A stretch of 64,000 bases of DNA from Eledone cirrhosa (Eukaryota), in contig OZ024740.1 of assembly GCA_964016885.1 (NCBI GenBank), positions 406,472,001-406,536,000 on the forward strand. Direction: 5' to 3'. Positions 37,687-51,374 of the stretch are shown here, in pieces; position 1 is the first letter of the stretch, and every line of letters starts with the position of its first letter. The notes under the pieces are model-generated. The model searched no databases and had not been told where the DNA came from. It worked only from the letters and a program-made list of their open reading frames with translations. Position numbers and translations under genes: made by a program.

Positions 37687-38969
37687 TGTAGCGGAGGCAT
37701 TCAGACTTACCTTGCGTCTCTCTGGTCCACGTGGGGGTACTTTCCGCTCGCGTCTGTCTTCGCACGTCCGTCACCTTGCAGGGCGTATAGCTAAGAGGAC
37801 CCTGTTGACCGCTTGGTTCCTCGAGTCGCCCCCGTCCTCCCGCTTCCGGTCAGGCATCCCCAACTTCCGGTAATCCCCCTCCCACGGCAGCTCTACAGCC
37901 CCCTCTATCTCGCGGCAGCCCCACACGCCCCCTGATCTCAATGATCAATCCCCGCCATCACACTGATCCATCTCAAAATCCGCCATCCACCTAGGTTGGC
38001 GGCGGCTACGTTGCGATCTCCGCACTGTTGTTTTCCTCTTCCTCGGAGTCCATCACCACAACGACTCTACGGACGTCCAAGACGTGACGTGGCATTTCGT
38101 CCACAGACACGTTGTTTGGGGTATTTACGGCGGTTACCATTCTCTTTCCCCATTGAGATGTGCAACGCGCGTTCGGGGGCTTGACCCATACCTCTTCGCC
38201 CACTCGTACGAATGCGCTCTCTCTCTCCACCGGCTGCTGTGGTACCGTGCACGGGTGTCGCCATTCATATTTGTATATTGCCATGTGCGGCACCGACTCC
38301 TCGGCCTGTCCCACCCGCGGAGACATGTACCAGAACACTGCCTCCGTTGGCGAAATGTGCCCCCTTTCAGCCATGGCCTTGATCGAGCGATGATGTCTCT
38401 CCACGATCCCATTTCCGCTCGGCCTGTATGCCGCTCTGAAGAAGCAGTTCACCTTCCACGTGTCAAGCATTTCCCTCAGCGCCTCCGAGCGAAACGCCGT
38501 GCTGTTGTCCATCAGCAGTTCATCCACAGGGTCTCGCTCCAAGAATATCTCTCTCGGCGTCCGCACGATTTCCTCCGCAGTCCCTGTCTTCATTTCCCTC
38601 CATATCGCCACCCGCCCCGGCCCACAATCGACCATCGAAAGATACGTTCCTTGTCGGTAGTGTGTCACGTCCACCGCTAATCGCTTCCAGTTGTGCTCCA
38701 CCGGGATGCTTCCTGTCTCGTGCACACCCGGGACAGAGTCGATAGACTGGCATCTGTCGCAACCTCCGACCAAGTCTCAGGCCACTTGGGAAGGTTCGGG
38801 CTGACCGCGAAACCACCGGAGGCGATGGAAGGAGGAGCAAGGTAAGGCCGAAGTAGTTTGTAGCCGGAGGCATTCGGACTTACCTTGCATCTCTCTGGTC
38901 CACGTGGGGGTACTCTCCGCTCGCGTCTATCTTCGCACGTCTTCGCGTCTATCTCGCGGCAGCCCCACA
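37687..38969 (-). mobile_element. Internally deleted Ty3/Gypsy LTR retrotransposon with both LTRs and a 5-bp TSD
   Basis: LTRs at 37687-37925 and 38860-38969 (the latter internally deleted), both with TG...CA ends. TSD AAACT at 37682-37686 and 38970-38974. Purine tract AGGGGGCG precedes the 3' LTR. Confidence 0.88.
38006..38773 (-). pseudogene. Gypsy integrase fragment (CxxC + DDE core)
   Basis: CDRCQSID...WKRLAVDVTH...MVDCG...LMDNSTAF...PSGNGIVERHHR. Confidence 0.9.
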
Positions 38970-39179
38970 AAACTTAATCTACCGTACGGTTTAACACCAC
39001 TGCTTGACCTTTTAGGGAAATCCACTCTGATGCAAACAAAAGTCATTCAGACCAGGTTTCCGGTTTGATGTTAACACATGAATAGGATTTATTTCTCCCT
39101 TCCTCCCACCAATATCGGAGACCCAACATTAAAGATTGGGTGCTGTTTTTCCTCTTCCGATTAAGTCATAAATCATAAA

Positions 39180-39672
39180 TCTATCTTACAATAAGAGCGC
39201 TGTCAGTCCGTCCGTCCGTCACGTTCATTTTATAGAGAGGAGGAGCTCCAGGCGAGAGATGTGTACATAGAGAGAGAGAGAGAGAGAAAAGGAAACGCCG
39301 TGTATTTTCGAGGTGACAAAGGTGGAGATAGACAGAAAGTTACATCACCCTCATCTATATACAGAGAGGGGGAGCGCCAAGCGAAAGAGATGTACATAGA
39401 TAGAGAGAGAAAAGGAACGTCATTTGTTTAGAGAGAGAGTGTGTGTTTGTGTGACAGAGAGAGGGAGAAGGCGACGTCGCCTTCATCTATATAGAGAGAG
39501 GGGGAGCGCCAAGTGAAAGAGATGTCATAGATAGAGAGAGAAGAGGAACGTCATTTGTTTAGAGAGAGTGTGTGTGTGTGTGACAGAGAGAGAGAAAAGA
39601 CGACGTTACCCTGATCTAGTAATACAGTGCCGGGAGTGTGAATAAACGCGAACCAACGGGGAGTGGTCTAAG
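39180..39672 (+). mobile_element. Probable non-autonomous Helitron-like element with three internal ~125-130-bp repeats
   Basis: 5' end A|TCTATC...(GTCC)n; 3' end CGCGAACCAACGGG...CTAAG|T, which resembles a CTRR end. Internal repeats are GA-rich. Confidence 0.4.
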
Positions 39673-39925
39673 TCCGTAAACGCTAGGATTCATTCCTCCT
39701 GGCAAAATATATGTAATTATCCTGTTTATGATCTTAGTATTGACGGTTATGAGAATTAACATTCAATACCATAGTAGAGATTAATATTATATTTCTTAAG
39801 GACAAATTTGAGTCTTGTTATTTTAAAGTTTCTCCTGTGTGCTCATAGAGCCATCGGACAAGAGACTTGTCCGATGGCTCTGTGAGTACACAGAAGTAGC
39901 GACTCAAACTTGGCCTTAGCAAAGA

Positions 39926-39964
<39 letters not shown>

Positions 39965-39965
<1 letters not shown>

Positions 39966-41530
39966 AGTGTACTCCCTAGCATTCGCTGTCCCAGTTATTC
40001 GCGGAATTTTCCTTAGAACCCGACTAATAATAGTTCCTAGAAACCACCGCATATTATGGGTTGTATGGGTCTTTTTCAACAGAGCATCTCCCCACTCGCC
40101 GCGTCTCTTCGTCATCTCCTCTGTAAGTCTCAGCGATTTAAGGTCAGCTCTCACCACCTCTGTCCAGGTCTTTCTCGGTCTACCTTTAATGCGGCTTTCA
40201 TCCACTGGCATTTCCTGACACTGCTTCACCCATCGATCATCATTCATGCACATCATATTTCCATACCAACGCAGTCTTCTCTCCTGCACACTACCTCGGA
40301 TTCCTCTTAAACCCAGCTTCTCCCTCAGTTCATCCAAGCTCTACCTTTCTCTCACATTTACGTTGCATATCCAACGAAGCTTGGCTGCTTCATTCCTCTC
40401 CAGTCTACGCATGTCTTCTGCAGTCACTGCCCAAGTTTCACTACCATGCAACATCACATTTTGCACACACATGTCATACAGTTGTCCCTTTGTACGTATG
40501 GAGAAACCTTTTGTTGTCAACAATGGGAGTACCTCTCTAAACTTCTTCCATCCTATCCTTATTCTAGCCATTATGCTCTCGGAGAACACCCCTCCACTGC
40601 TGATTAAGTCACCTAGATAGCAGAAGCTGTCGACTTCTTCTATGGATCCTTCTTGTGACTTGAAGAGGTTTATATAACTGACGTTCTTCACCTCAATTAC
40701 TCTTGTGCCTTTTCTACATACAAAGTTTTCCTTTCCTGTTAGTCTACTCATTATCCCACTACATCTCTTGTGTACCCAAGATTTACATTGTGTACATCAT
40801 ATGGAGTTTGTGCCTACTCTTTTCTACGAGCAGGGCCATTTCCCTGAAAGGATCAAGGTCCTATCTTTTCGCTACTCACTAGCATTTTAGTTTTGGCTAA
40901 GTTTACTCTCAGGCCACTTGATTTCAAATTACGTTTCCATAGACGGAATTTATTTTCTAGTCTTCTATGGATTCGCTATAAGAACCAAATCATCTACATA
41001 GAGAATCCCCATGTACAGCCAATTTTAAACTCCTCTCTTATGGCCTGGAGAACTATGATGAACAGCAGTGGGCTAAGAACCGAACCTTGCTAAACTCTAC
41101 CTGGGCCTTAAATTCTTCACTAAACTTACTTCCTACTCTCACTTTACTGACAGCTCCTCTGTACATGCCTTGCACTACTCTCACAAGTTATTCTTCTACA
41201 TCTAATTTCCTCAAGGACCACCAGATAATAGATCGAGGTACTTTGTCAAAGGCCTTTTCTAGAACAACGAAAGCTAAATACAATGGCTTATTTTTGGACA
41301 TCTCTTGTAGTTTTCTTACTAAGAAGAGGTCATCTGTAGTACTTTTCCTAGGTACGAAACCAAACTACAGTTTGTCTAATTTGATTCTTTCCTTAATTAG
41401 CTGCGCTATAATTATTTCCGTCACTTTCATAACTTGGTCCACTAGTTTTATTCCTCTAGCGTTGCTCCTTTCTTGAACATCATCTTTGCTCTTGTAGCAA
41501 TTTATAATTGTATTGCTGCGCCAGTCATTT
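39965..41530 (-). mobile_element. Degenerate RTE LINE (third family)
   Basis: Broken frames encode FCYLGDLISSGG, MLHGSETW and RLRWYGNM...GRPRKTW, with RT motif remnants upstream. Confidence 0.88.
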
Positions 41531-41797
41531 TAATATATACTATATATATATATATATTAATATATATAGTATATATTAAAATTTCACACACTTAACATGT
41601 ATGCGCGGCCTTAGGTTTCAGAGTCCAGATATGGCCACCACTGTATAGTGGAGGAGCTGTTCTAATACTGGCTTCTCTCATAAGGCACAAGAACAAAATT
41701 TAACGATAAACGTTTTTTCTTTAAATTGTGTCCTATACAGTGGTGGCCATAACTGGATCCCGAAACTTAAGGTCACGCATATATGTTTAAGTGTAAC

Positions 41798-42135
41798 TTC
41801 TTCTTCTTCTTCTTCTTCTTCTTGACTGTCGTGGGGCGGAGTCCTCAAAAACTCCTTCCAGCGGGTCCTGCCAGAAGCAATCGTTTCCAACTGATTCGGT
41901 TGGATCCCCAAGCGAGACCAGCCAAAATCATGGATGTTATCCAACCATCTTGCTAGGGCTCTACCCCTGGGTCTTTTTCCGGTTGATTTTGCCCGTAAAA
42001 TCTGTCCATCAATTCTTTCCTTAGACATTCTAACTATATGCCCATAGTATCGAAGCTGTAATATCTCAATTCGGAAAAGTAGCGGCTCTACCTGGAACAA
42101 CTCTCTGGTCTCCGAGCTACGTACTCTATCGAGGA
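41798..42135 (-). mobile_element. RTE LINE 3' fragment with (GAA)n tail
   Basis: QLRYYGHIVRM...GKRPRGR..RWLD, with (TTC)n at 41798-41823. Confidence 0.8.
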
Positions 42136-42274
42136 AAAAGAAGTTGAAAATGCAATTGATGTCTTTAAAAAGGTTTATTTACAATAATTTATAACTTAAC
42201 CGGTTTCACAATTTCATGATTTTCAAGAGTTAAAAGAGATGAGAAACATGTGGCTATGCCGACTTGTGTGTGTG

Positions 42275-42344
<70 letters not shown>

Positions 42345-42354
42345 ACACCTTCCA

Positions 42355-42415
<61 letters not shown>

Positions 42416-43900
42416 TACATATGCAATATCTCGTCATTTTGTATATATAGGACTACATTGACCATTATATACTTTAAGATAGTGGGTTGTAATTTGAAGA
42501 CAATTTCGTTAATATTTCTAAAAGGTCAAGCGACCATGTAGAAGCTTCCTTCTTTGAACACTGAGACCAGCCAATATACATTGATATCACCTTTCACGAA
42601 GAAAAATATTGTTAAGCAACAATATAACAGGTAATCCAGGCGATACAGCCGTGTGCTTGGAAACAAACCCATCTGTCCATCTCTCTCTCTGTATAAGAGG
42701 CGATGTGAGATACGAGTTACCTTTACTGCATCCCTTCAGAGAGATAGTGAGAGGTGATAAAAGCGATGAATCACTTAGGGAAGGTGTAATTGGTGGAAGA
42801 GTTTCGGTTACATAGACATAGATATACTTACATTAGTTTCATTATAATAAAGATTAGCAAAAAATTTCCATGAACTGATCGTATGTACCTATCTCCCTAG
42901 CTGGTTTTTTTTTAATTGTTAAAATATGAACCAAAACATTATCTAAGTTGTCTTGAAATAAAAATGGTAGGACATCAATGGAGGAAGATTTGGCTGTTGT
43001 TTCTAACAGGTTGAGCGGCCATTTGATATATCGTATTGACGAACCGCACCTTAGAGAAACAAAACATTTAGAAACGTGTATGCGAGCGGATATAGGCGAG
43101 AATTTTTTTTTTTTTTTTTAGTGTGGGAAGAATATGGGAAATGGAAGAAGAATGAGATAATGAGATGAACAAAAAATAATAAGTAAACTGCAAAAAAAAA
43201 AACGAAATAGAAAATGGGAGAAAAAGGAAACGAGATTATTTTTTTTAAAAGGCATCATGAAATATAGAGCGAAAACAAACAGAAAGAGAAAGTGGGGAAA
43301 TAATCCAGAGGGAAACAATGTGTAATAAATATATAATCAGAGTAAACGCCGGAGAAACGAAATGAGAGAAGATTAGGGTGTATGTGTAAGAGATTGAGAA
43401 GGAAGAAGAAAAAATCGTCAGAAAAAAAGGAAAGAGGAAAACAGACGGTGGGGAGGGGGGAGATAGAATGGTACAGATAAAGAGAGAGAGAGGGAGGTGA
43501 AGAAACCGTGAAAACTAGAAAGTATAAGAGAAAGGAAATTGAAAGAAAATTAAAACAACGGGAATAAGAGAAAGGAGATTATAGCCGAGAAAGAAATTTA
43601 GACACAGACTCCGCTGCATGTCTAAGCTGATTACTAATTCTGTTAGAGCAACAGTTTAACGTTAAATAGTCTCTCACTATTCCTCATTGCCCCTCCTCCC
43701 TCTTATTCCCACCTTATATTTCCTATTCTTTATAGTGTACATTATCGCGCCATACCGTTACACTATTTTTTCCTCACAAATCAACTCCGCCTTGCAGTAT
43801 ATTTGGATAGTTTTAAAACTAATATGTGAATGTTTGTGTCTGTGTTTGCTATTCCTTAATATATATATGTAAATATATGTAAATATATATATATATATAT

Positions 43901-44350
43901 ATCATCATCATCATCACCGTTTTATGTCCGTTCTTCCATGCTAGCATGGGTTAGACGGGTCGTCCTGTTGTGGGCAGTGTCTGGTCGGCTGACCATGCCT
44001 TGCTCATACAGGAACTGATTTTGGCTTGATTTCTACAGCTGGATGCCCTTCCTAACACCAACCTCATTTACAGTGAGTGCTGGGTGCTTTTTTCCGTGGC
44101 GCCTACAGGTCCACTTTACAGTGTGGGCTGGGTGCTTTTTTGCTGTGGTACCTTCACGACCACTTTGGGAGGGTGTAGGGCATATTGTCTATATGCTTCA
44201 GCTTGTACTCATGGGAGGTCGGGTACTCTGTATTACTGCGTGACGCCAGGGGTCACGGTCGTGTGTCATCGCCTTTGAGAGATGTAATTGGGTAAGGTCG
44301 GCTTTTATCACCTCATCCCAGGTCTTCTTGGGTCTTCCCACTCCGCGGTT
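43901..44350 (-). mobile_element. RTE LINE 3' fragment, same family as 13441-14025
   Basis: High identity to 13441-13890 and an (ATC)n tail. Confidence 0.87.
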
Positions 44351-44454
44351 TATATATATATATAAAGGAACGATCGACTTTCGTCAAATCGGACCGAGGG
44401 AACAATGTTTCCGTTGGTCTTTCCAATTGCTAATATTATCTATCGGTCGCAACT

Positions 44455-44581
44455 CCAGGTAGAAGGAGCAACGTGAAATAAAGTGTCTTGCTCAAGGACA
44501 TAACGCACCGCCTGGTCCAGGAATCGAACTCACAACCTTACGATTGCGAATCCAATTCTCTAACCACTCAGCCACACGCCT

Positions 44582-44585
<4 letters not shown>
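44455..44585 (-). mobile_element. tRNA-derived SINE head (second SINE family)
   Basis: Reverse complement has A-box TGGCTGAGTGG and B-box GTTCGATTCC, followed by TGTCCTTGAGCAAGACACTT, with no acceptor-stem closure. Confidence 0.78.
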
Positions 44586-44611
<26 letters not shown>

Positions 44612-44612
<1 letters not shown>

Positions 44613-45956
44613 CCCCACACATCCACCCCACCACCCCGCAACTAACATCACTAACACCCCCTGACCCAAGCACACGAACACACACACCCACTTACACCAC
44701 CCACCCTACACGCAACTAACATCACTAACACCCCCCCAACCCTACGCACACGTACACACACAGCCTCTTACACCACCCACTCTACACACCCTACCACCAC
44801 TGACCCCCACTCACACCCGCATTCAACCCTTTCTCCACCTCCTGTATACTAACACCCACTAACACCCCTTCACCAAACACACACCAGTACACCACACTCC
44901 CTCCATCGACCCCCACACCCTTTTCTCCCCGCTCCACCCACACCCTTTCTCAAACACTCACTCATCCCACTAACACCTCTACTAATACACACACACCCCC
45001 TCCTCACTCCAACTTTCACACCTACCCACCCTCTCTCCCTTACCATTCTACCCTACTGCTGCTATACCCTCTGACCACCTCCCCGCACACACAGACACAC
45101 AACACACACTCACCATTTTACCCTACTGCTGCTATGCCCTCTGACCACAGACACACCACACTCCTCCTGCCTTGACCACTTCCTGTTGCGCGCGCACCCC
45201 ACATCTCCCCTCTTCCGACCAATCTCTTCACGGATTACACGTATGTGAACCTTGATCCTGGAATCAACCACATCCAAGGATTTTACCAAGCATCCCACCA
45301 CATCTTCTTACGGAATCACCTTTATGACTCACCCACACACACATCCAACAATAATTTTTTTTTCCCACACGCCACCTACACCCACAACACGCTTAAACAC
45401 CACACACACACGTGCGTACCACCACATATTTACATATTCAGCCTCCGGATTCCTCTCCCCCCACCCCTCTATCCACACACGCACACACACTCCGACCTAC
45501 ACCCCACCCCACACACACCTCTTCCTGAACATGCAACCCCGTTCTTCCCCCAACCCTTGCTTTCACATACACACACGCACACACACGTACACCTACACAC
45601 ACACACCACCTTCAGCCCTCCCCGCTCGGACACCCCGTCTCCCTCTCCCCACTCCACCCGCCACCACCCCTACACGCCCCACACCTTCCACCACCTGTTT
45701 TACCCCATTTTAATTTTATTTTGATCATGCCTTTATTTTTAATTTCATTTGCACCGTTCCCTCTCACCCCCTTTTTGCTATATGTCTCTCCACCACTCCC
45801 CTACACACCCTTTGAACTCTCTTCCCACACACTTTTCACCTGAAGAAGGGCTTATGCCCGAAACGTCGTTCCCCCACCACCACCCCACTCTCAAGAGCGT
45901 GAAATTAATAAACATTTGTTGTACTGCCTCTCTGTTTTGTTCCCGTTCAATTTTTC

Positions 45957-45958
<2 letters not shown>
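44612..45958 (+). mobile_element. C/A-rich low-complexity segment, probably the 3' end of a Penelope-like element, ending in an HHR-like motif
   Basis: CTGAAGA-AGGGC-TTAT-GCCC-GAAACGTC at 45840-45867, then AATAAA. Flanked by (TA)n. Stem I is poor. Confidence 0.5.
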
Positions 45959-46018
<60 letters not shown>

Positions 46019-46138
46019 CATGTTGCCAATAAGAAACACACGCACCAGTTGCTTTCACTTCAATTTAATTTATTATATATTTATAAATTTCTGGTTGGTT
46101 GGTTGGTTCCACAACCAGATAGTTGTTTATATATATAT

Positions 46139-46183
46139 AGTCATAGTTCTTTCGTCACACACTCTGTGACCTCTTCAGTGACT
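46139..46183 (-). ncRNA. Type I hammerhead ribozyme in the Penelope pLTR
   Basis: AGUCA-CUGAAGA-g-GUCACA gagug UGUGAC-GAAA-GAAC-UA-UGACU. Stems I and II are perfect. Confidence 0.8.
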
Positions 46184-46486
46184 GGGGATTTCTTTCTTCG
46201 TTTCTGTGCCTTTCCTTTCTTCTATCCTACGCCATTTTGTTTGTGTGTGGGTTGCGTGCTCCGTTTGCGCATGCGCCACATCCGGGTGTCTGTGTGTGTT
46301 TGTGTTCATTTTTCTATTTTTCTATTTATATTTTTCTATTTGTTTGTTTATTTATTTATTTATTGTTGGTTGGTTGTTTGTTCTATGTGTGTGTGTGTTT
46401 TCATTTTGTCTTGTGTGTTTTCATTTTGTGTGTGTTTTCAATTGTAAGTTGTTTGTTCTATGTGTGTGTGTGTTTTCATTTTGTCC

Positions 46487-48361
46487 TTAATTGTAAGTTG
46501 TGATGTTGCTGTTCCACTCATATTTTCTATTTAATTTTGGTTTTAATTCTTTTATGCTTACTGCCTCTGTAATTTGCCTAAACATTGCGTCTTTCTTGTG
46601 TGTGGATTCTATTTTTATTTCTATGCTCTCTAATTTACCCCTGTGTTCTATCTTAGCATGTTGGTAGAGCACAGATGATTCTTTATTATCTTGGAGGTCT
46701 CGCCAGTGTTCATTTATTCGTTCCCCTATACTACGAGCTGTCTCACCTATGTACACTATATTTTTGTTTCTACATTGTCCTTCAGTACATCTTATGCTAT
46801 ATACTACATTTCTAGTTTTACAGTTAATATGGGGGCTTATTTTACAGGTTATACATTTCTTATCTATACATGAGGGTCTTTGGAACGGGTATGTCTTGCT
46901 AATAAGTGTTTTTACGGAGGTACCAGGTCTTTCTACTATCTTAATATTGAGATTATGTTTCTTTAGGGCCCTTCTAAATTTGTAGGCTAGTTCGCCTCTA
47001 GGGGTTGTATTGATGAACATTACACTCTGGTATTTATTGCTATCATACCATGAGTTTATTCTATTGGCCTTGTTCTTAGTTCTTTCTATTCTATTCCAAA
47101 ATTTGCTCCTATACAAGGGGCAGGTCCCATTTATGTCATTATTTACCATTTTTTCCCATTTGGTTCTGGCTCCTTTATACACTCTGATTCTATCTCTCTG
47201 ATTGTAGCCAGAGAACTGCATACGGTGGATGAAGTGTTGTATGTGTCTCTCTAGTTCTTCGGGGTTGCACATGCGGGACACATTTCTCATCACCCGTACC
47301 AAATCCGCAATCAGTATGTTGATTTTGGTATGGTCCGAAATGGCCGAGTTTCGGTGGATCAGATGTTTGGAAGTCATGGGTTTGGCATAATGGGAATGGA
47401 GGATTTGTTTTTGGTTGTTAATTGTATCTAACCAGAGCTCTGTGTCTAGTACAGGTAATCGATGGTTGGGGTGTCTACTTGTGTAGTCTATAGTAACTCT
47501 AATGCTCTGGTGGATGGAGTTTGCTATTTGCTGGATGCTTTCCATTGTGTTTTTCTCTAGTTCCTGACTGTTCTTTAGTGGGGGTGTCTTAACTACGATG
47601 TTTATATCATCTACGTAGCGGGAGTACATTATCAGGGTTAAGCTGTCTTCTAATTGTTCATTAAGTTTTTGTTTAAGTCTACTGTCCCACCATACCATGA
47701 ATAAGTTAGCTATGTCGCCTGCAATGCTAACACCAATGGCTGCTCCTTCCTCTTGGGCATATGTTTTACCATTAAATTTGAACATATGTTCCTTAAGGGT
47801 TAATTTTATGCTGGCCCCTACCGCATGTGCAATCATTTTCTTCAGTTCATCGTGGTTTTCGGGTGTCCGTATGGCTCTGGTCCACCCGTTCCATCTATCT
47901 GTGTGGGTTTTCTTGGCCATTGAGGTAATGGTAGGTGGTCTGCCTCTTGCTGGTCTTGTAGGGCACAGGTTGCTAAGGTCATAAGTGTCTAGGTAACTAT
48001 TACTATGGGTAAGCTTAAGTAGAAGTCCCAGCTCACTGGTATCGATCCCACGGAACTCAACCTTGCTCTCGCTGATCATTTCGACGCATTTCTCCACAGC
48101 AAAATCCACGTCAATAGATGGATACAGGGACACAACATCCATACTGCCTATTATGCAGTTTGTTAGGTCCCCAGATCGGTTACCCGCGCCGATTCTGCTG
48201 AGGAGGTCCTCCGTGCTGTCACACACATCTGGGGACATCTCAATGATGGGGCGTATGATCAGGGAGAGGAAGTAGGACAGTCTGTAGTTACTAGCAATGT
48301 TAGCCCCACAGACTGGCCGTGTTGGTGGTCCCGCGACAGGGTCCCAGCCCGTTTTATGGTC
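46487..48361 (-). CDS. Penelope-like RT + Cys-rich linker + GIY-YIG endonuclease, uninterrupted but N-truncated
   Basis: The frame is open upstream of the track's ATG (DHK...PTRPVCG). Motifs SMDVVSLYPSI, GAAIG, RYVDD, CxxxxCxxC...C, VVYSIRC...YIGETAR, E...LN. Confidence 0.92.
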   Translation of the reverse strand, partial: DHKTGWDPVAGPPTRPVCGANIASNYRLSYFLSLIIRPIIEMSPDVCDSTEDLLSRIGAGNRSGDLTNCIIGSMDVVSLYPSIDVDFAVEKCVEMISESKVEFRGIDTSELGLLLKLTHSNSYLDTYDLSNLCPTRPARGRPPTITSMAKKTHTDRWNGWTRAIRTPENHDELKKMIAHAVGASIKLTLKEHMFKFNGKTYAQEEGAAIGVSIAGDIANLFMVWWDSRLKQKLNEQLEDSLTLIMYSRYVDDINIVVKTPPLKNSQELEKNTMESIQQIANSIHQSIRVTIDYTSRHPNHRLPVLDTELWLDTINNQKQILHSHYAKPMTSKHLIHRNSAISDHTKINILIADLVRVMRNVSRMCNPEELERHIQHFIHRMQFSGYNQRDRIRVYKGARTKWEKMVNNDINGTCPLYRSKFWNRIERTKNKANRINSWYDSNKYQSVMFINTTPRGELAYKFRRALKKHNLNIKIVERPGTSVKTLISKTYPFQRPSCIDKKCITCKISPHINCKTRNVVYSIRCTEGQCRNKNIVYIGETARSIGERINEHWRDLQDNKESSVLYQHAKIEHRGKLESIEIKIESTHKKDAMFRQITEAVSIKELKPKLNRKYEWNSNITTYN

Positions 48362-49057
<696 letters not shown>

Positions 49058-49060
49058 GTA

Positions 49061-49239
<179 letters not shown>

Positions 49240-49600
49240 GGAAAAAATGAAACGATATTTCATTTCCCACTCTTAGTACGGCTGTTACTTAAATATAAGT
49301 ATGTACACGTACATACATATATGTATACCGACGTACAGTAGTATGTATATATATATATACATACATGCACACATATATATATGCACGTATGGATTCACCG
49401 AACATTTATTATAATTTAACATTTATTATATTTAAGTAACAGCCGTACTAAGAGTGGGAAATGAAATATCGTTTCATTTTTTCCGTTTATCGTTTTCGGT
49501 GCACCCGGCCGATTAACCCACTCGATATGCATATTGGGCTACTCAGCCGTTAATATGCATAAGGTAAGTATATACGTTCAACAATCTGGCAGGAAGGTAT

Positions 49601-49643
49601 ACGTTGCTGACGATAGCTAACAAGCTTGAAACTAGTACAGCGT
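49601..49643 (+). ncRNA. Minimal type I hammerhead ribozyme, unit 1
   Basis: ACGUUG-CUGACGA-uAGCU aaca AGCUu-GAAA-CUAG-UA-CAGCGU. Palindromic loop III CUAG; predicted cut after GUA at 49637. Confidence 0.82.
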
Positions 49644-50022
49644 TCCTTTGTCAGTGTTGAACAAACGAGCAACGGTGGTTGCTAGACACTACGGCTTAAT
49701 ACGGGATGTTTGTTTACAAACACACCGAGCATTATAATAAATGTTCGGTGAATCCATACGTGCATATATATATGTGTGCATGTATGTATATATATATATA
49801 CATACTACTGTACGTCGGTATACATATATGTATGTACGTGTACATACTTATATTTAAGTAACAGCCGTACTAAGAGTGGGAAATGAAATATCGTTTCATT
49901 TTTTCCGTTTATCGTTTTCGGTGCACCCGGCCGATTAACCCACTCGATATGCATATTGGGCTACTCAGCCGTTAATATGCATAAGGTAAGTATATACGTT
50001 CAACAATCTGGCAGGAAGGTAT

Positions 50023-50065
50023 ACGTTGCTGACGATAGCTAACAAGCTTGAAACTAGTACAGCGT
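50023..50065 (+). ncRNA. Minimal type I hammerhead ribozyme, unit 2
   Basis: Same sequence as unit 1; predicted cut after 50059. Confidence 0.82.
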
Positions 50066-50444
50066 TCCTTTGTCAGTGTTGAACAAACGAGCAACGGTGG
50101 TTGCTAGACACTACGGCTTAATACGGGATGTTTGTTTACAAACACACCGAGCATTATAATAAATGTTCGGTGAATCCATACGTGCATATATATATGTGTG
50201 CATGTATGTATATATATATATACATACTACTGTACGTCGGTATACATATATGTATGTACGTGTACATACTTATATTTAAGTAACAGCCGTACTAAGAGTG
50301 GGAAATGAAATATCGTTTCATTTTTTCCGTTTATCGTTTTCGGTGCACCCGGCCGATTAACCCACTCGATATGCATATTGGGCTACTCAGCCGTTAATAT
50401 GCATAAGGTAAGTATATACGTTCAACAATCTGGCAGGAAGGTAT

Positions 50445-50487
50445 ACGTTGCTGACGATAGCTAACAAGCTTGAAACTAGTACAGCGT
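50445..50487 (+). ncRNA. Minimal type I hammerhead ribozyme, unit 3
   Basis: Same sequence as unit 1; predicted cut after 50481. Confidence 0.82.
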
Positions 50488-50690
50488 TCCTTTGTCAGTG
50501 TTGAACAAACGAGCAACGGTGGTTGCTAGACACTACGGCTTAATACGGGATGTTTGTTTACAAACACACCGAGCATTATAATAAATGTTCGGTGAATCCA
50601 TACGTGCATATATATATGTGTGCATGTATGTATATATATATATACATACTACTGTACGTCGGTATACATATATGTATGTACGTGTACATA

Positions 50691-50855
<165 letters not shown>

Positions 50856-51374
50856 GAATAATCGAGAATCGGAATATCAGCCCACGAAATCACGATAAAC
50901 AATATCCGATAAGTGTGGCAGAGGGCTCAATAATTTGGATAAATCAGAGCTATAACTATCGTTAAAATACCAACACATAGAGATCATGCCTAAAATCACC
51001 CGTGCAGCCGAAAAAGAACGACCAGGAAGATTCGGGTCACTCAAATAAAATATCAATAAATTAATAAATTAAATGAATGTAAAAAAACTCACCCGGACCC
51101 GCTAGAAAGATGTTAAATCTAGCTTCTTGGGTTTCTGCAATTCCTTAATCCAATCACTATCAGCCCACATAATAAATATATAAGACTTCTAGAGAAGGGA
51201 TGAACGCGGAAAGGCTTCATCAACGAGTATTTCGTCCAATAATATAGTGGGGACCCAAAGCCAAAAACGCACATGGTATTCAGCAAGGGAGGATATATAT
51301 ATGTAAAATTGTTTCTCGTTGTGTTTCTGTTCGTTGTCTTGTCCTTTCTTTGCTAATTTGTTTATACATATATA

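Noticed and set aside
44510-44585. tRNA gene
   Set aside because: A and B boxes are present, but there is no closing acceptor stem or poly-T terminator, and it continues into a SINE body.
45245-45724. His/Pro/Thr-rich ORFs
   Set aside because: They result from C/A-rich low-complexity sequence and show no domain features.
51180-51240. Minus-strand TTGATGAAGCC as an HHR core
   Set aside because: There is no properly spaced stem II plus GAAA and no stem I.
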